The notes under the pieces are model-generated. The model was not told the origin of the DNA and did not search any database. It saw nothing but the letters and a program-made list of their open reading frames with translations. Below, in pieces: positions 53,367 through 64,000 of a DNA stretch of 64,000 nucleotides (position 1 is the stretch's first letter; each line of letters opens with the position of its first letter). Source of the DNA: Dehalococcoidia bacterium. Lineage in GTDB: Bacteria > Chloroflexota > Dehalococcoidia > Bin125. A program made the position numbers and the translations under genes. The stretch covers positions 736,001 through 800,000 of the forward strand of contig CAXXRD010000001.1 of the NCBI GenBank assembly GCA_963663895.2, in the 5' to 3' direction.

Positions 53367-54151
53367 GAATCCACCTCCTGGCGTTCCCTCCGGATGCGCC
53401 AGCGTGCCACCCGTTCGGCGACGATGGCGTAGCCTAGCACCGACATAATGGGGAAAACACTGGCGAAGGCGATCAGTCCGAAACCGTCGATGAGCGGGCT
53501 GCGCCCCGGGACGTTGGCGGCGAGGCCCAGCCCCAGCGCCGCCACCACCGGCACCGTGACGGTCGAGGTGGTGACCCCTCCGCTGTCGTAGGCCAGCGGG
53601 ATGATGGTGCGGCTGCTCAGGTACGTCTGCACGATGACGATGATGTAGGCCGCCACGATGTACCACGGCAGCGGCGTGCCCGTCACGATGCGGAAGCACC
53701 CCAGCGACACCCCGACGGCCACGCCCACCGCCACGGCGATGCGCAGCCCCCAAGCGTTCACCGCGCGGCCTGAAACCTCCTCGGCCTTCAGCGCCACGGC
53801 GATGAGGGACGGCTCGGCCACCGTCGTCGCAAAGCCGATGGCCGCCGCGAAGAGATAGACCACCCAGTAGTCCTCCCACCGCACCGCGTCCGCCAGCGCC
53901 GACGCCCCCGCCGTCTCCGTGAGTTGCCGCGCCATCGTCTCGCCGATGGGGAACAGCGCCTGCTCCAGCCCGATGAGGAACAGCGCCAGCCCCAGCAGCA
54001 CCATGACCGACCCGGTGGCGATGCCCCCGATGTTGGGCAGGCTGCGCCGCAGCACCCCCACCTGGAACACCACCAGGATGACGACGAGGGGCGTCACGTC
54101 CCGCAGCGTGTACAGCAGGGTTTCGCCGAAGCGCGCCAGAAACTCCAGCAT
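53363..54151 (-). CDS. DUF1538 membrane protein
   Basis: [27 protein letters not shown] and [10 protein letters not shown]. Confidence 0.88.
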   Translation of the reverse strand: MLEFLARFGETLLYTLRDVTPLVVILVVFQVGVLRRSLPNIGGIATGSVMVLLGLALFLIGLEQALFPIGETMARQLTETAGASALADAVRWEDYWVVYLFAAAIGFATTVAEPSLIAVALKAEEVSGRAVNAWGLRIAVAVGVAVGVSLGCFRIVTGTPLPWYIVAAYIIVIVQTYLSSRTIIPLAYDSGGVTTSTVTVPVVAALGLGLAANVPGRSPLIDGFGLIAFASVFPIMSVLGYAIVAERVARWRIRRERQEVDS

Positions 54152-54912
54152 CACGCCACCATCCCGTAGCCCAGCACGCAGATCATGGGGGTGAGGCTAG
54201 CGAAGGCGATCAGCCCGAAGCCGTCGAGCATCGGATTGCGCCCCCGGATGGTGGAGGCGAGACCTACCCCCAGGGCGGTGATCAGCGGCACCGTGATCGT
54301 GCTGGTCGTCACGCCCCCGGAGTCGTACGCCACCCCCACGATCTCCTCGGGCGCGAACAGGGTCATCAGCATGACCAGCACGTAGCCGCTGATGATGAAG
54401 CGGTGAAGGGGCCACCCCTTCAGGATGCGCAACACTCCCAGGATGATGGCGAGGCCGACGGCGACGGCCACCACCACGCGCAGCTCCAGGGCGTACCGGT
54501 CCTGGGCAGCCTGGCTGTCCCCGATGAAGTCCGCCTCCGCCGCCACCTCGGCCGCCTCGGCCGCCACGGCGATCAGCGCCGGCTCCGCCACGGTGGTGCC
54601 GAAGCCCAGGCAGAACGCCAGCGCCAGCAGCGCCGTCGCGCTCCCCTTGCGCGCCATCCCCTGGGCCAGCGCCTCGCCCAGCGGGAACAGCCCGCTCTCC
54701 AGCCCCTGGATGAACAGCGCCAGCCCCAGAACGACGCACACCAGACCGACGACCACGTTGGCGATGTCGGGAAAGGGCTGTTGCAGGACGACGATCTGGA
54801 AGAAGGCGATGACGGCGAAGATGGGCGCCAGATCTCGCAGCGCGCCCAGAGTCTGCTGCCCCATGGCCAACGCGAAACGCGGCAAACCATGCTCCTCGCA
54901 CGTGTGCTGCAT
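54151..54912 (-). CDS. DUF1538 membrane protein (paralog)
   Basis: [25 protein letters not shown] and [10 protein letters not shown]; start could be 54864. Confidence 0.88.
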   Translation of the reverse strand: MQHTCEEHGLPRFALAMGQQTLGALRDLAPIFAVIAFFQIVVLQQPFPDIANVVVGLVCVVLGLALFIQGLESGLFPLGEALAQGMARKGSATALLALAFCLGFGTTVAEPALIAVAAEAAEVAAEADFIGDSQAAQDRYALELRVVVAVAVGLAIILGVLRILKGWPLHRFIISGYVLVMLMTLFAPEEIVGVAYDSGGVTTSTITVPLITALGVGLASTIRGRNPMLDGFGLIAFASLTPMICVLGYGMVA

Positions 54913-55261
54913 GGGGTCTGCTAGGCCTGCGCAGTGCGGCTACACCCTACGAAGCGGCGCGGCACGGATCAATGACAATCCCGCGGTGCGGCGCCTAGCA
55001 CGGCGCGCGTTCCGGCATCCTCCGCCGTGGGCTTGCCGACGCCTACGCGTGGCTGCTCACGACGGACCGCTACCCGCCCTTCCGCCTGGGGCCATAGGGT
55101 CGCCGGGCCCGGCTGGGCCGCCTGCGACGCTGCAAGTAAACAGGTCTTAGGGCGAGGTCGCCTTCAGAGAGCGAGGCTGCCGGGCGACAGGTCGCCCGCG
55201 TGGCAGCCTGCTGCATCATGACGGCAAGCCTACAGCGCAACCAACCTACGGATCGGACGCG

Positions 55262-56011
55262 TCAGGGTAACCCTTGCTCAATGCCCAGAACGCTGTAGTC
55301 GCCATCCAGGATCAGGCGGACAGAGACGTACAGCCCCAGCATCGGGAGCAACACCCAGATGGCGTTCGGGCCGAAGATATAGATATAGAACTCTCGCGTA
55401 GTGATGAGGGTTTGCTTCTGTCCCACGAGGAAACTAACCAAGTAGAGCGAGGACGCGTACACCCACTGCCAGAAGAGCATCGCCCCAAGAATGCCGGCGG
55501 CGACGGCCGGCAGAAGCCCGGCCGTATAGGTCACGTAGAGAGTCAAGCTCAGTGCGGGCGTCAGGAACCCGTTCGCGATATCGACGTTGAAACCGTACGT
55601 GTTGCGATCCGCATACGCCGAATCAAACAGCGAGTACGTCGCCCAGACGTCCGCCCAGACCGTCGGAGAGAGGATCCGGTGCAGCGGCACGCTGGTCGTG
55701 AGGAATTCTACGGCGGGAGTTCTGCCGGTCTCGTGCCGCCGTCTGCGCCAAAATTCCGCACGCTCTTCAATGTAGTCCCTTCGAAAGAACAGGCACATCT
55801 CCCAGTAGCAGATCAAGAGATTGGTCGAGAAGAACAGGCTGAACAGGCACTGGAAGGCATCCAGGTCACCGTGGAGGAGGTAGCGAACGCCAATGCCAGG
55901 CAGTGCCAGGAGTGCGACCGCCAACACTGCGATCAGACCAGCCGGTGCTCCCCACCGGTGCGTTCGTCCGCCGTGGCCCGAAGCTGCTTGAGCGGCGCTG
56001 TTTCCCCCCAT
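55262..56011 (-). CDS. Integral membrane protein, EXPERA/EBP-like
   Basis: About 5 TM segments; WATYSLFDSAY and NAIWVLLP resemble the EXPERA W..Y...D..Y and N..W...P motifs. Confidence 0.6.
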   Translation of the reverse strand: MGGNSAAQAASGHGGRTHRWGAPAGLIAVLAVALLALPGIGVRYLLHGDLDAFQCLFSLFFSTNLLICYWEMCLFFRRDYIEERAEFWRRRRHETGRTPAVEFLTTSVPLHRILSPTVWADVWATYSLFDSAYADRNTYGFNVDIANGFLTPALSLTLYVTYTAGLLPAVAAGILGAMLFWQWVYASSLYLVSFLVGQKQTLITTREFYIYIFGPNAIWVLLPMLGLYVSVRLILDGDYSVLGIEQGLP

Positions 56012-56496
56012 GGCCTAGCGTCCTCGTCGCTTTACGCTGTCCTGCCCTGCAGGACTGGGAAAACAGGGCGGCGAAGGCCGAGGAACTGGTGGCATAGGTC
56101 AAGGGGTCTGATATCGAATCGCAACCATCGCGGATGAGGGTAGCGCGCCAGCCGTCGACCGAGTCCGCGCGCCGGACCAGGATCCACGATCAGAGATTGC
56201 GATCCAACGATCTGATCCTGACGCCTTCGACGAGGATGGCGGTCAAGGAACGTCATGTGGAGAGGCGGACCGTTAAGGAAAAAGGCACGCTGCTCTCTTG
56301 GTCGCTTCGGAACATTGATCCCGGTGATGCGGTAGTCGGAGCAGATGGACGGGGAGAACTGCTCCGCGAGGAACTCCTCCAGGGCCCGCGCCGCCGGTGG
56401 ACAAGGCACCGCTGCAACCGGATCGCTCGGAAGTCCGTGCCACGATGCCGCGGCTCCACTCGACCCTCACCCGCGTCCGCTTATGGGGCGTGCTAG

Positions 56497-58809
<2,313 letters not shown>

Positions 58810-58925
58810 CCACCCCAGAGGTGGAGCGTGTGGGGTACCCTGCGCCGGCGGCGAACTCGGTGATAGGAGTTGAGCCTCTCCGGCCCACTGCGCGGATCTC
58901 GTGGAAGGCTCTCGGGTAGACGCCC

Positions 58926-60362
58926 ATGACGCAACGTGACCTCCAGATGGCGCCGGACCAGATGCTGGATCTCGCACGCATGGCAGCGGAGCTGCTGGTC
59001 CAGCGCAGCGAGAACCTGGCGGCGGGAGATGCCTGGGACGGTGAGTTTCGCGAGGGTCTCGCATCTGCGCTGATGGAGGAGGCTCCGGAGGCCGGTCGAC
59101 CTGCAAAGGAAGTGCTGGAGCAGGCGGCGCGGGAGATTCTCCCCTACGCCGCCCGGCTGGATCACCCGCGCTTCTTTGGCTTCGTCCCGTCCTCACCCAC
59201 CTGGCCGGGCGTTATCACCGACTTCATGGCGAGCGGTTTCAACATCAACGCGGTGACCTGGCTGACTGCGAGCGGCCCGAGCCAGGTTGAGCTGGTGGTC
59301 ATCGAGTGGTTCCGGCGCTGGCTCGGCTATCCGGAAGGCGCCGGCGGACTCTTCACGAGCGGCGGGTCGGTGAGCACGGTCGACGCCTTCGTGGCGGCAC
59401 GGGAGGCGGCCGGTCATCCCGAGCGCGCGACAGTGTACATGAGCGATCAGGGGCACGTGGCGTTTCGCCGGGCCGCCATGATCATCGGCGTGCGGCCCGA
59501 GTGCGTGCGGACAATCCCGAGCGACGGGCACTTCCGCCTGGACATGGACGGCCTGCGTCGCGCCGTGGCGGACGACCGTGCCGCGGGCTGCAACCCCATC
59601 ATCGTGTGTGCGAACGCCGGAACGGTGGGCACCGGGGCCATTGACCCCCTGGAGGAGATGGCGGACTACTGCGAGTCCGAGGGCATCTGGCTGCACGCGG
59701 ACGCAGCGTACGGTGGCTTCGCAGTCCTAAGCGATGCAGGAAGAAGACTGCTGCGTGGGATCGAGCGGGCCGATTCCATCGGGCTGGACCCGCACAAGTG
59801 GTTCTTCCAGCCGTACGAGGCCGGGTGCCTGCTCGTCAAGGACGCGAGCACGCTCCAAGACGCATTCGAGGTCCGGCCCGACATCCTGCAGGACACGGTG
59901 TGGGGTACGAACCACCCAAACTTCGGAGATCGGGGGCCGCAGGTCAGCCGCTCCTTTCGGGCCTTGAAGGTCTGGATGTCGGTCCAGGTGTTTGGGATGG
60001 CCGCCTTTCGACGGGCCGTTGCGAAGGGGTTGGGACTAGCCGCACAGGCCGAAGCGCAGGTGCGTGCCAGCCCGGTGCTGGAGAGCCTGAGCCCCACGTC
60101 GCTGGGGATCGTGTGCTTCCGGGTGAATCCCAAGGACACCGAGGTCGGAGAAGAAACCCTGGAGAAGATCAACAGGACTGTACTCGCCCGGGTCTTCTGG
60201 GAAGAGCCTGCCTTGGTGTCGTCCACGTTGCTGCGGGAGCGGTTCGCACTCCGGATGTGCATTCTCAACCACACGACGGATTGGGAGGACGTCCACGAGA
60301 CCCTGGCGGCCATCGAGCGGTTCGGGCGAGAGGCCTTGGCTGAAGCGGCTGTGCCGGGATAG
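58926..60362 (+). CDS. Group II PLP-dependent (aromatic amino acid-type) decarboxylase
   Basis: HPRFFGF, TSGGS, HADAAYGG, DPHKW and SRSFRALK. Confidence 0.9.
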   Translation: MTQRDLQMAPDQMLDLARMAAELLVQRSENLAAGDAWDGEFREGLASALMEEAPEAGRPAKEVLEQAAREILPYAARLDHPRFFGFVPSSPTWPGVITDFMASGFNINAVTWLTASGPSQVELVVIEWFRRWLGYPEGAGGLFTSGGSVSTVDAFVAAREAAGHPERATVYMSDQGHVAFRRAAMIIGVRPECVRTIPSDGHFRLDMDGLRRAVADDRAAGCNPIIVCANAGTVGTGAIDPLEEMADYCESEGIWLHADAAYGGFAVLSDAGRRLLRGIERADSIGLDPHKWFFQPYEAGCLLVKDASTLQDAFEVRPDILQDTVWGTNHPNFGDRGPQVSRSFRALKVWMSVQVFGMAAFRRAVAKGLGLAAQAEAQVRASPVLESLSPTSLGIVCFRVNPKDTEVGEETLEKINRTVLARVFWEEPALVSSTLLRERFALRMCILNHTTDWEDVHETLAAIERFGREALAEAAVPG

Positions 60363-60420
60363 ACCCTGCAGCAGCGGGATTCGAGCAGTTCCCTCCCCAT
60401 CGCCTTGGTGTGCGCCAGGT

Positions 60421-60510
60421 CCGAGGAATGTCAGCTCCGGCGCGTCAGCCAAGAAAGTCCTGCATGTCCCCGTGCATTCCAACCAGAAATGGGAGGAGCA
60501 ATAAGGGGAA
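60421..60510. repeat. Diverged non-coding repeat, copy 2 (behind tRNA-Ser CGA)
   Basis: Ungapped match to 50401-50490. Confidence 0.8.
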
Positions 60511-60521
60511 TAGATCATCTC

Positions 60522-60559
60522 TCAAGAGAAAATCCCTAGTCTTCTAGGGCTTTTCTTGA
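60522..60559 (-). terminator. Hairpin terminator 3' of tRNA-Ser(CGA)
   Basis: GAAAA-T-CCCTAG-TCTT-CTAGGG-C-TTTTC, extended by TCAAG/CTTGA. Confidence 0.7.
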
Positions 60560-60562
60560 TTC

Positions 60563-60655
<93 letters not shown>

Positions 60656-60869
60656 CGCTCCGCGATCAATATAGCAACGGCGCCGCTAGGCACTGTGCAG
60701 GCGCGCCGAAAAACCGAAGACTAAGAGAGTTCAGTGTAACTGTCGGGAGCGGGCCAGCGCCCGCGGGGTGGAACGCGACTCCGGAAAGCCGGTCCAGCGT
60801 ACGCGAGGAAGACGGCAGCTTGACCCGCAGCCACGTGGCAGGCCTTCGGTCCATCATCACCCGGCGCGT

Positions 60870-62591
60870 CTACTCGGAGAGCACGACCTGCCTCGGCGGC
60901 AGCCGGTCCTGGGCCTCCCACACGCGGTCGAGGATCGGGCGTCCCTGGCCCGCGGGGTCGACCAAGTCGGGCCGGTACGTCCAAGAAAGCTCGCTGCTGT
61001 GGGCGCGGATCACCACCGGACGGATGCGATAGCCGATCAACCGCTCGGCCGTGAAGCCCAGCTCCATGAGCATCCCCTGTGTGGTTTCGAGCGACCAATT
61101 CTGATCGAAGACGAAGTTACCGAAGGAGTAGGCCACGAGTGCGCCGTCGAACTGCTCGACGGCCTGCACCCAGTGCGGGTGATTGCCGACCACGGCCGTG
61201 GCGCCGGCCTCAACCGCGATCCCGCCCAGCTCGCGCTGGAAGGCGGTCGGGTCGGCGGTGTATTCCACGCCCCAATTCGTTCCGACCAGGACATGATGCG
61301 CAAGATCCCGCGCCGCTCGCACATCCTCACGCACGATCGCAGCGTCGAGCGGGGCCGTGCCCGCATGGCCGTCCGTCGCCGCGTACCAGGGCGCGATGGC
61401 GTCGTAGCCGAGGAAGGCGAAGCGCACGGGGCCCTGGCCGGTCTCGACGCTGACCACCGCCGGCGCGCGGGCGGCGGCCAAGTCCGGCCCGGCGCCGGCG
61501 GTAACGATGCCCGCTGCGTCCAATCGCGCCAGCGTATCCAGCAGCGCCCCAACGCCCGAGCAGCCCTCCCAGCAATCCAGCATGTGGTTACCGATCGTCA
61601 GCACCACGTCCAGGCCGGCGCCGGCCAGGGCGGGTACGACGCGGGGGCTGCCCTGCAGCACGACCGTTTCCACGCAGGGGGTCGGCTCGCCCAGGTCGGT
61701 GAGCGGCGACTCGAGCGGCGCCACGGCGAGATCGGCCACCGTAATCGCGTCGCGCACGCCGTCGAACATCGCCCCGTAATCATCAAGGGCGGCGAGCACG
61801 TGGTTGGTGCAGCGCACCGGGATCAGCTCGCCGGTGACCAGCATCCCCACCGGGTCGAAGGGGGGCACGGACTCCATCCTGGCGGCGGCCTGGGCGCCGG
61901 CGTCCCCGGCGGCAGGGGCGCTGATCCAGCGCACCAAGCGCAGCGGCGACTGCCGCGCCGGGTCGCGGTAGGGGTCGTGGCCATCAACGGTGAGAGCCAA
62001 GACGCCGAGTCGCAGCCGCTCGGGGGCGACCAAGGCGAACGCGCCCGGCGTAGAGGCGACACGGTCCGTCAGCTCGTCATCCGGCAGCAAGGCCGCCGCC
62101 AGCTCATGCATCGGGAGGCCAAGGGCGTCCGCGATGGCGACGGCCTGCGAGGCAGGCAGATAGACGCTGATCGGCTGCGGGCTGCCGCCGAAGGCGGACC
62201 AGTCCCGGGCGTCGCCGCGCATGATCCGCAGGACGTCGTCAAGAGCCAGGTCCAGCACATCGCGTCGTTGATCCGTGATCGCCGCCCAGCGCGCCAGCAC
62301 GACCGGGCGGGAGTCTGGCAGCGGGACATCCGCGATCACCCACTCCGTGTCGGGGGCAGTGCCCGTCCCGGAAAGCCCGGGCCCCGGCGCCTGCGTCGCG
62401 GGCACCGGGATGGCCGTTGCTTCCGAAGGAGGCGCGGCAGTGGGAAGGGGTTCAAGGATGGCGGCAGGTAGCGCAGCAGCTTCGGCAGCCGGGGAGGGCG
62501 GCGGGGCATCCTCAGCGCTCCTCGTGCAGGCCAATGCCGTCGCGACGTTCACGAGCAGCAGCACGCCGAAGAGCGGAACAAGGGGGATCAT
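60870..62591 (-). CDS. CapA-family metallophosphoesterase-like lipoprotein with an N-terminal extension
   Basis: Lipobox LAC, GNHMLD, NWGVEY, GNHPHWVQ and YSFGNFVFDQ. Confidence 0.88.
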   Translation of the reverse strand: MIPLVPLFGVLLLVNVATALACTRSAEDAPPPSPAAEAAALPAAILEPLPTAAPPSEATAIPVPATQAPGPGLSGTGTAPDTEWVIADVPLPDSRPVVLARWAAITDQRRDVLDLALDDVLRIMRGDARDWSAFGGSPQPISVYLPASQAVAIADALGLPMHELAAALLPDDELTDRVASTPGAFALVAPERLRLGVLALTVDGHDPYRDPARQSPLRLVRWISAPAAGDAGAQAAARMESVPPFDPVGMLVTGELIPVRCTNHVLAALDDYGAMFDGVRDAITVADLAVAPLESPLTDLGEPTPCVETVVLQGSPRVVPALAGAGLDVVLTIGNHMLDCWEGCSGVGALLDTLARLDAAGIVTAGAGPDLAAARAPAVVSVETGQGPVRFAFLGYDAIAPWYAATDGHAGTAPLDAAIVREDVRAARDLAHHVLVGTNWGVEYTADPTAFQRELGGIAVEAGATAVVGNHPHWVQAVEQFDGALVAYSFGNFVFDQNWSLETTQGMLMELGFTAERLIGYRIRPVVIRAHSSELSWTYRPDLVDPAGQGRPILDRVWEAQDRLPPRQVVLSE

Positions 62592-62752
62592 GCGACGCCC
62601 TCGGCGCAGCCGTTTGTAAACAGATCGAAGCGCCGCTCGCAGAGCGGGCGCTTGCCAGCCAGACGCTCGGCGCCGCCTCGCACGGGGCGCCTCCCAGGCT
62701 GTCCCCGTCGCCGGCACCATGCTATCGCGTCGCGACCGCCGTTCAGCGCCTG

Positions 62753-62995
62753 CTAGTCGTCTTCACCTTCGGAGTGGAGGTCGCCGCGGCGGCGGGCGGC
62801 GCGGAACTCCTGCTGGAGCCGCTCCTGCTCGTCGTGGGCGGCTTGGCGGGCGGCGGCTACAGCGTCGCGCAGGGGGGAAGGCGCGCCGGGCGGGGCAGCG
62901 CCGGGGGCGGATCCGGATCCGACCGAGCGGCGGCGGGCGGCGGTGGCGATGACACCGGCGAAGAAGCCGAAGAGGAGACCGCGTCCGAAAGCCAT
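62753..62995 (-). CDS. Small membrane-anchored protein
   Basis: MAFGRGLLFGFFAGVIA followed by a coiled-coil-like stretch; TGATG overlap with the upstream gene. Confidence 0.6.
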   Translation of the reverse strand: MAFGRGLLFGFFAGVIATAARRRSVGSGSAPGAAPPGAPSPLRDAVAAARQAAHDEQERLQQEFRAARRRGDLHSEGEDD

Positions 62996-63315
62996 CAGCC
63001 GAAGCGCCCGCCGAAGATGCCCAGGGCGCGCCGCACACCGGCCACGAAGCCGCGCACGCGGATGATGGGCGTGACGACGGCATCGGAGACGTACTCGCTG
63101 GTGACGCGGACGTTGCGGACGGTGCCGCCCGCGTTCTCGAGGAGGGGGCCAAGGCCGTCGCCGATGGTCGCCCGGCCGACGCCGATGAAGCGATAGAGGC
63201 CCCAGCCGACGGCGGCGAGGACGACCATCGTCACGATCAGGGTGAGAATGGCGACGATACCGAAGACGATCAGGACGATGTCGCGGATATCGGTAAGGAT
63301 GGAGAGCGTTTCCAG
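62995..63315 (-). CDS. Small membrane protein
   Basis: Frame extends upstream of the listed ORF through a hydrophobic helix (IRDIVLIVFGIVAILTLIV) to a CTG after GAAAGG. Confidence 0.6.
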   Translation of the reverse strand: METLSILTDIRDIVLIVFGIVAILTLIVTMVVLAAVGWGLYRFIGVGRATIGDGLGPLLENAGGTVRNVRVTSEYVSDAVVTPIIRVRGFVAGVRRALGIFGGRFG

Positions 63316-63446
63316 CGTGGCGCTGCCTTTCTACGCGGCGCGGCCGACGTGATCGGAGGGGGGTCGGTATGCTATGCGCCGCGCCGCAACGCAGCGGACG
63401 GGAGTATACCACCTAGAGCGATCGGCGCTGATCGGCGCAGCAGCGC

Positions 63447-64000
63447 TCAGGCAGAGGGTGCGGCGCGGGCCAGGGGCGCTTGGTGCCAGTCGCGCACGGT
63501 GCGCTCAATGGTGCCGCCGGCGATGACGCGGGATCCGTCGTAGCAGACGGCGGCCTGTCCGGGAGCGACGGCGCCGGCGGGAGCGCGGAGCCGGATCCAG
63601 ACCGTATCGGCGGCGTTGGGAGCGGCCGGGTAGAGCAAAGCGGGGACCGGGTCCGCCCGGTAGCGGAGCTTGACCTGGGTATTCATGGGCTCAGCGGGCG
63701 CGGGGATGAGCCAGCGCCAATCGGTGGCACGGAGACCCGCAACGCGCAGATCGTCCTGAGCCCCAAGCTCCACGGCGTTACGGGCAGGTTCGATGGCGGT
63801 GACGAAGGCGGGCGCGCCGAGGGCGAGGCCGAGACCGCGGCGCTGGCCGATGGTGAAGCGATGGGCGCCTCGGTGCTCGCCCAGGCACCGGCCGTCGCGA
63901 TCGACGAAGGCGCCGGGGCGATCCGGAAGGTAGCGGGCGAGGAAGTCGCGGTAGTCCCCGCCGGGGACGAAGCAGATATCGGCGCTGTCGGGCTTGTCGG
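63447..64000 (-). CDS. mnmA: tRNA 2-thiouridylase (3' part only)
   Basis: KPDSADICFV, HRFTIGQRRGL, KLRYR and VAPGQAAVCY...GG. Confidence 0.92.
   Translation of the reverse strand, partial: DKPDSADICFVPGGDYRDFLARYLPDRPGAFVDRDGRCLGEHRGAHRFTIGQRRGLGLALGAPAFVTAIEPARNAVELGAQDDLRVAGLRATDWRWLIPAPAEPMNTQVKLRYRADPVPALLYPAAPNAADTVWIRLRAPAGAVAPGQAAVCYDGSRVIAGGTIERTVRDWHQAPLARAAPSA

Overview
High-GC bacterial chromosome segment. Gene content (LLM oxidoreductases, cimA route, GAAC-N4-GTTC SOS box, several apparently leaderless genes) suggests Chloroflexota, probably Dehalococcoidia-like; this is inference. Left to right it holds: korAB; an LLM oxidoreductase; hydantoinase B; an FAD/Fe-S oxidoreductase; a cobalamin riboswitch with its ABC importer; and tRNA-Pro. 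Next is a branched-chain amino acid cluster (ilvE...ilvB-ilvN-ilvC-leuA-leuCD-leuB-cimA) interrupted by McrBC, a radical SAM gene and an LLM gene. Then come gcvT-H-PA-PB, a SnoaL gene, an OsmC gene, larA and an acyl-CoA dehydrogenase. Two accessory regions lie at the 3' ends of two tRNA-Ser genes: one has a methylase, a nuclease and secreted proteins; the other has an MBL, DUF1538x2-PII-CBS, an EXPERA-like protein, katG and a PLP decarboxylase. CapA and partial mnmA end the window. Best signals not explained by the ORF track: (1) short leader ORFs before cimA, leuA and ilvB, where the cimA and leuA leaders are both 26 aa with Ile or Leu at codon 24 followed by Gly-X-stop; (2) an OsmC gene split by an in-frame UGA at the catalytic Cys position with a SECIS-like hairpin, a probable selenoprotein; (3) a promoter whose whole -35/-10 spacer is a G14 tract; (4) a diverged ~90-nt non-coding element at nearly the same offset behind both tRNA-Ser genes. 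No CRISPR array, transposase or integrase was seen. All calls come from reading the sequence by eye, with no database searches.
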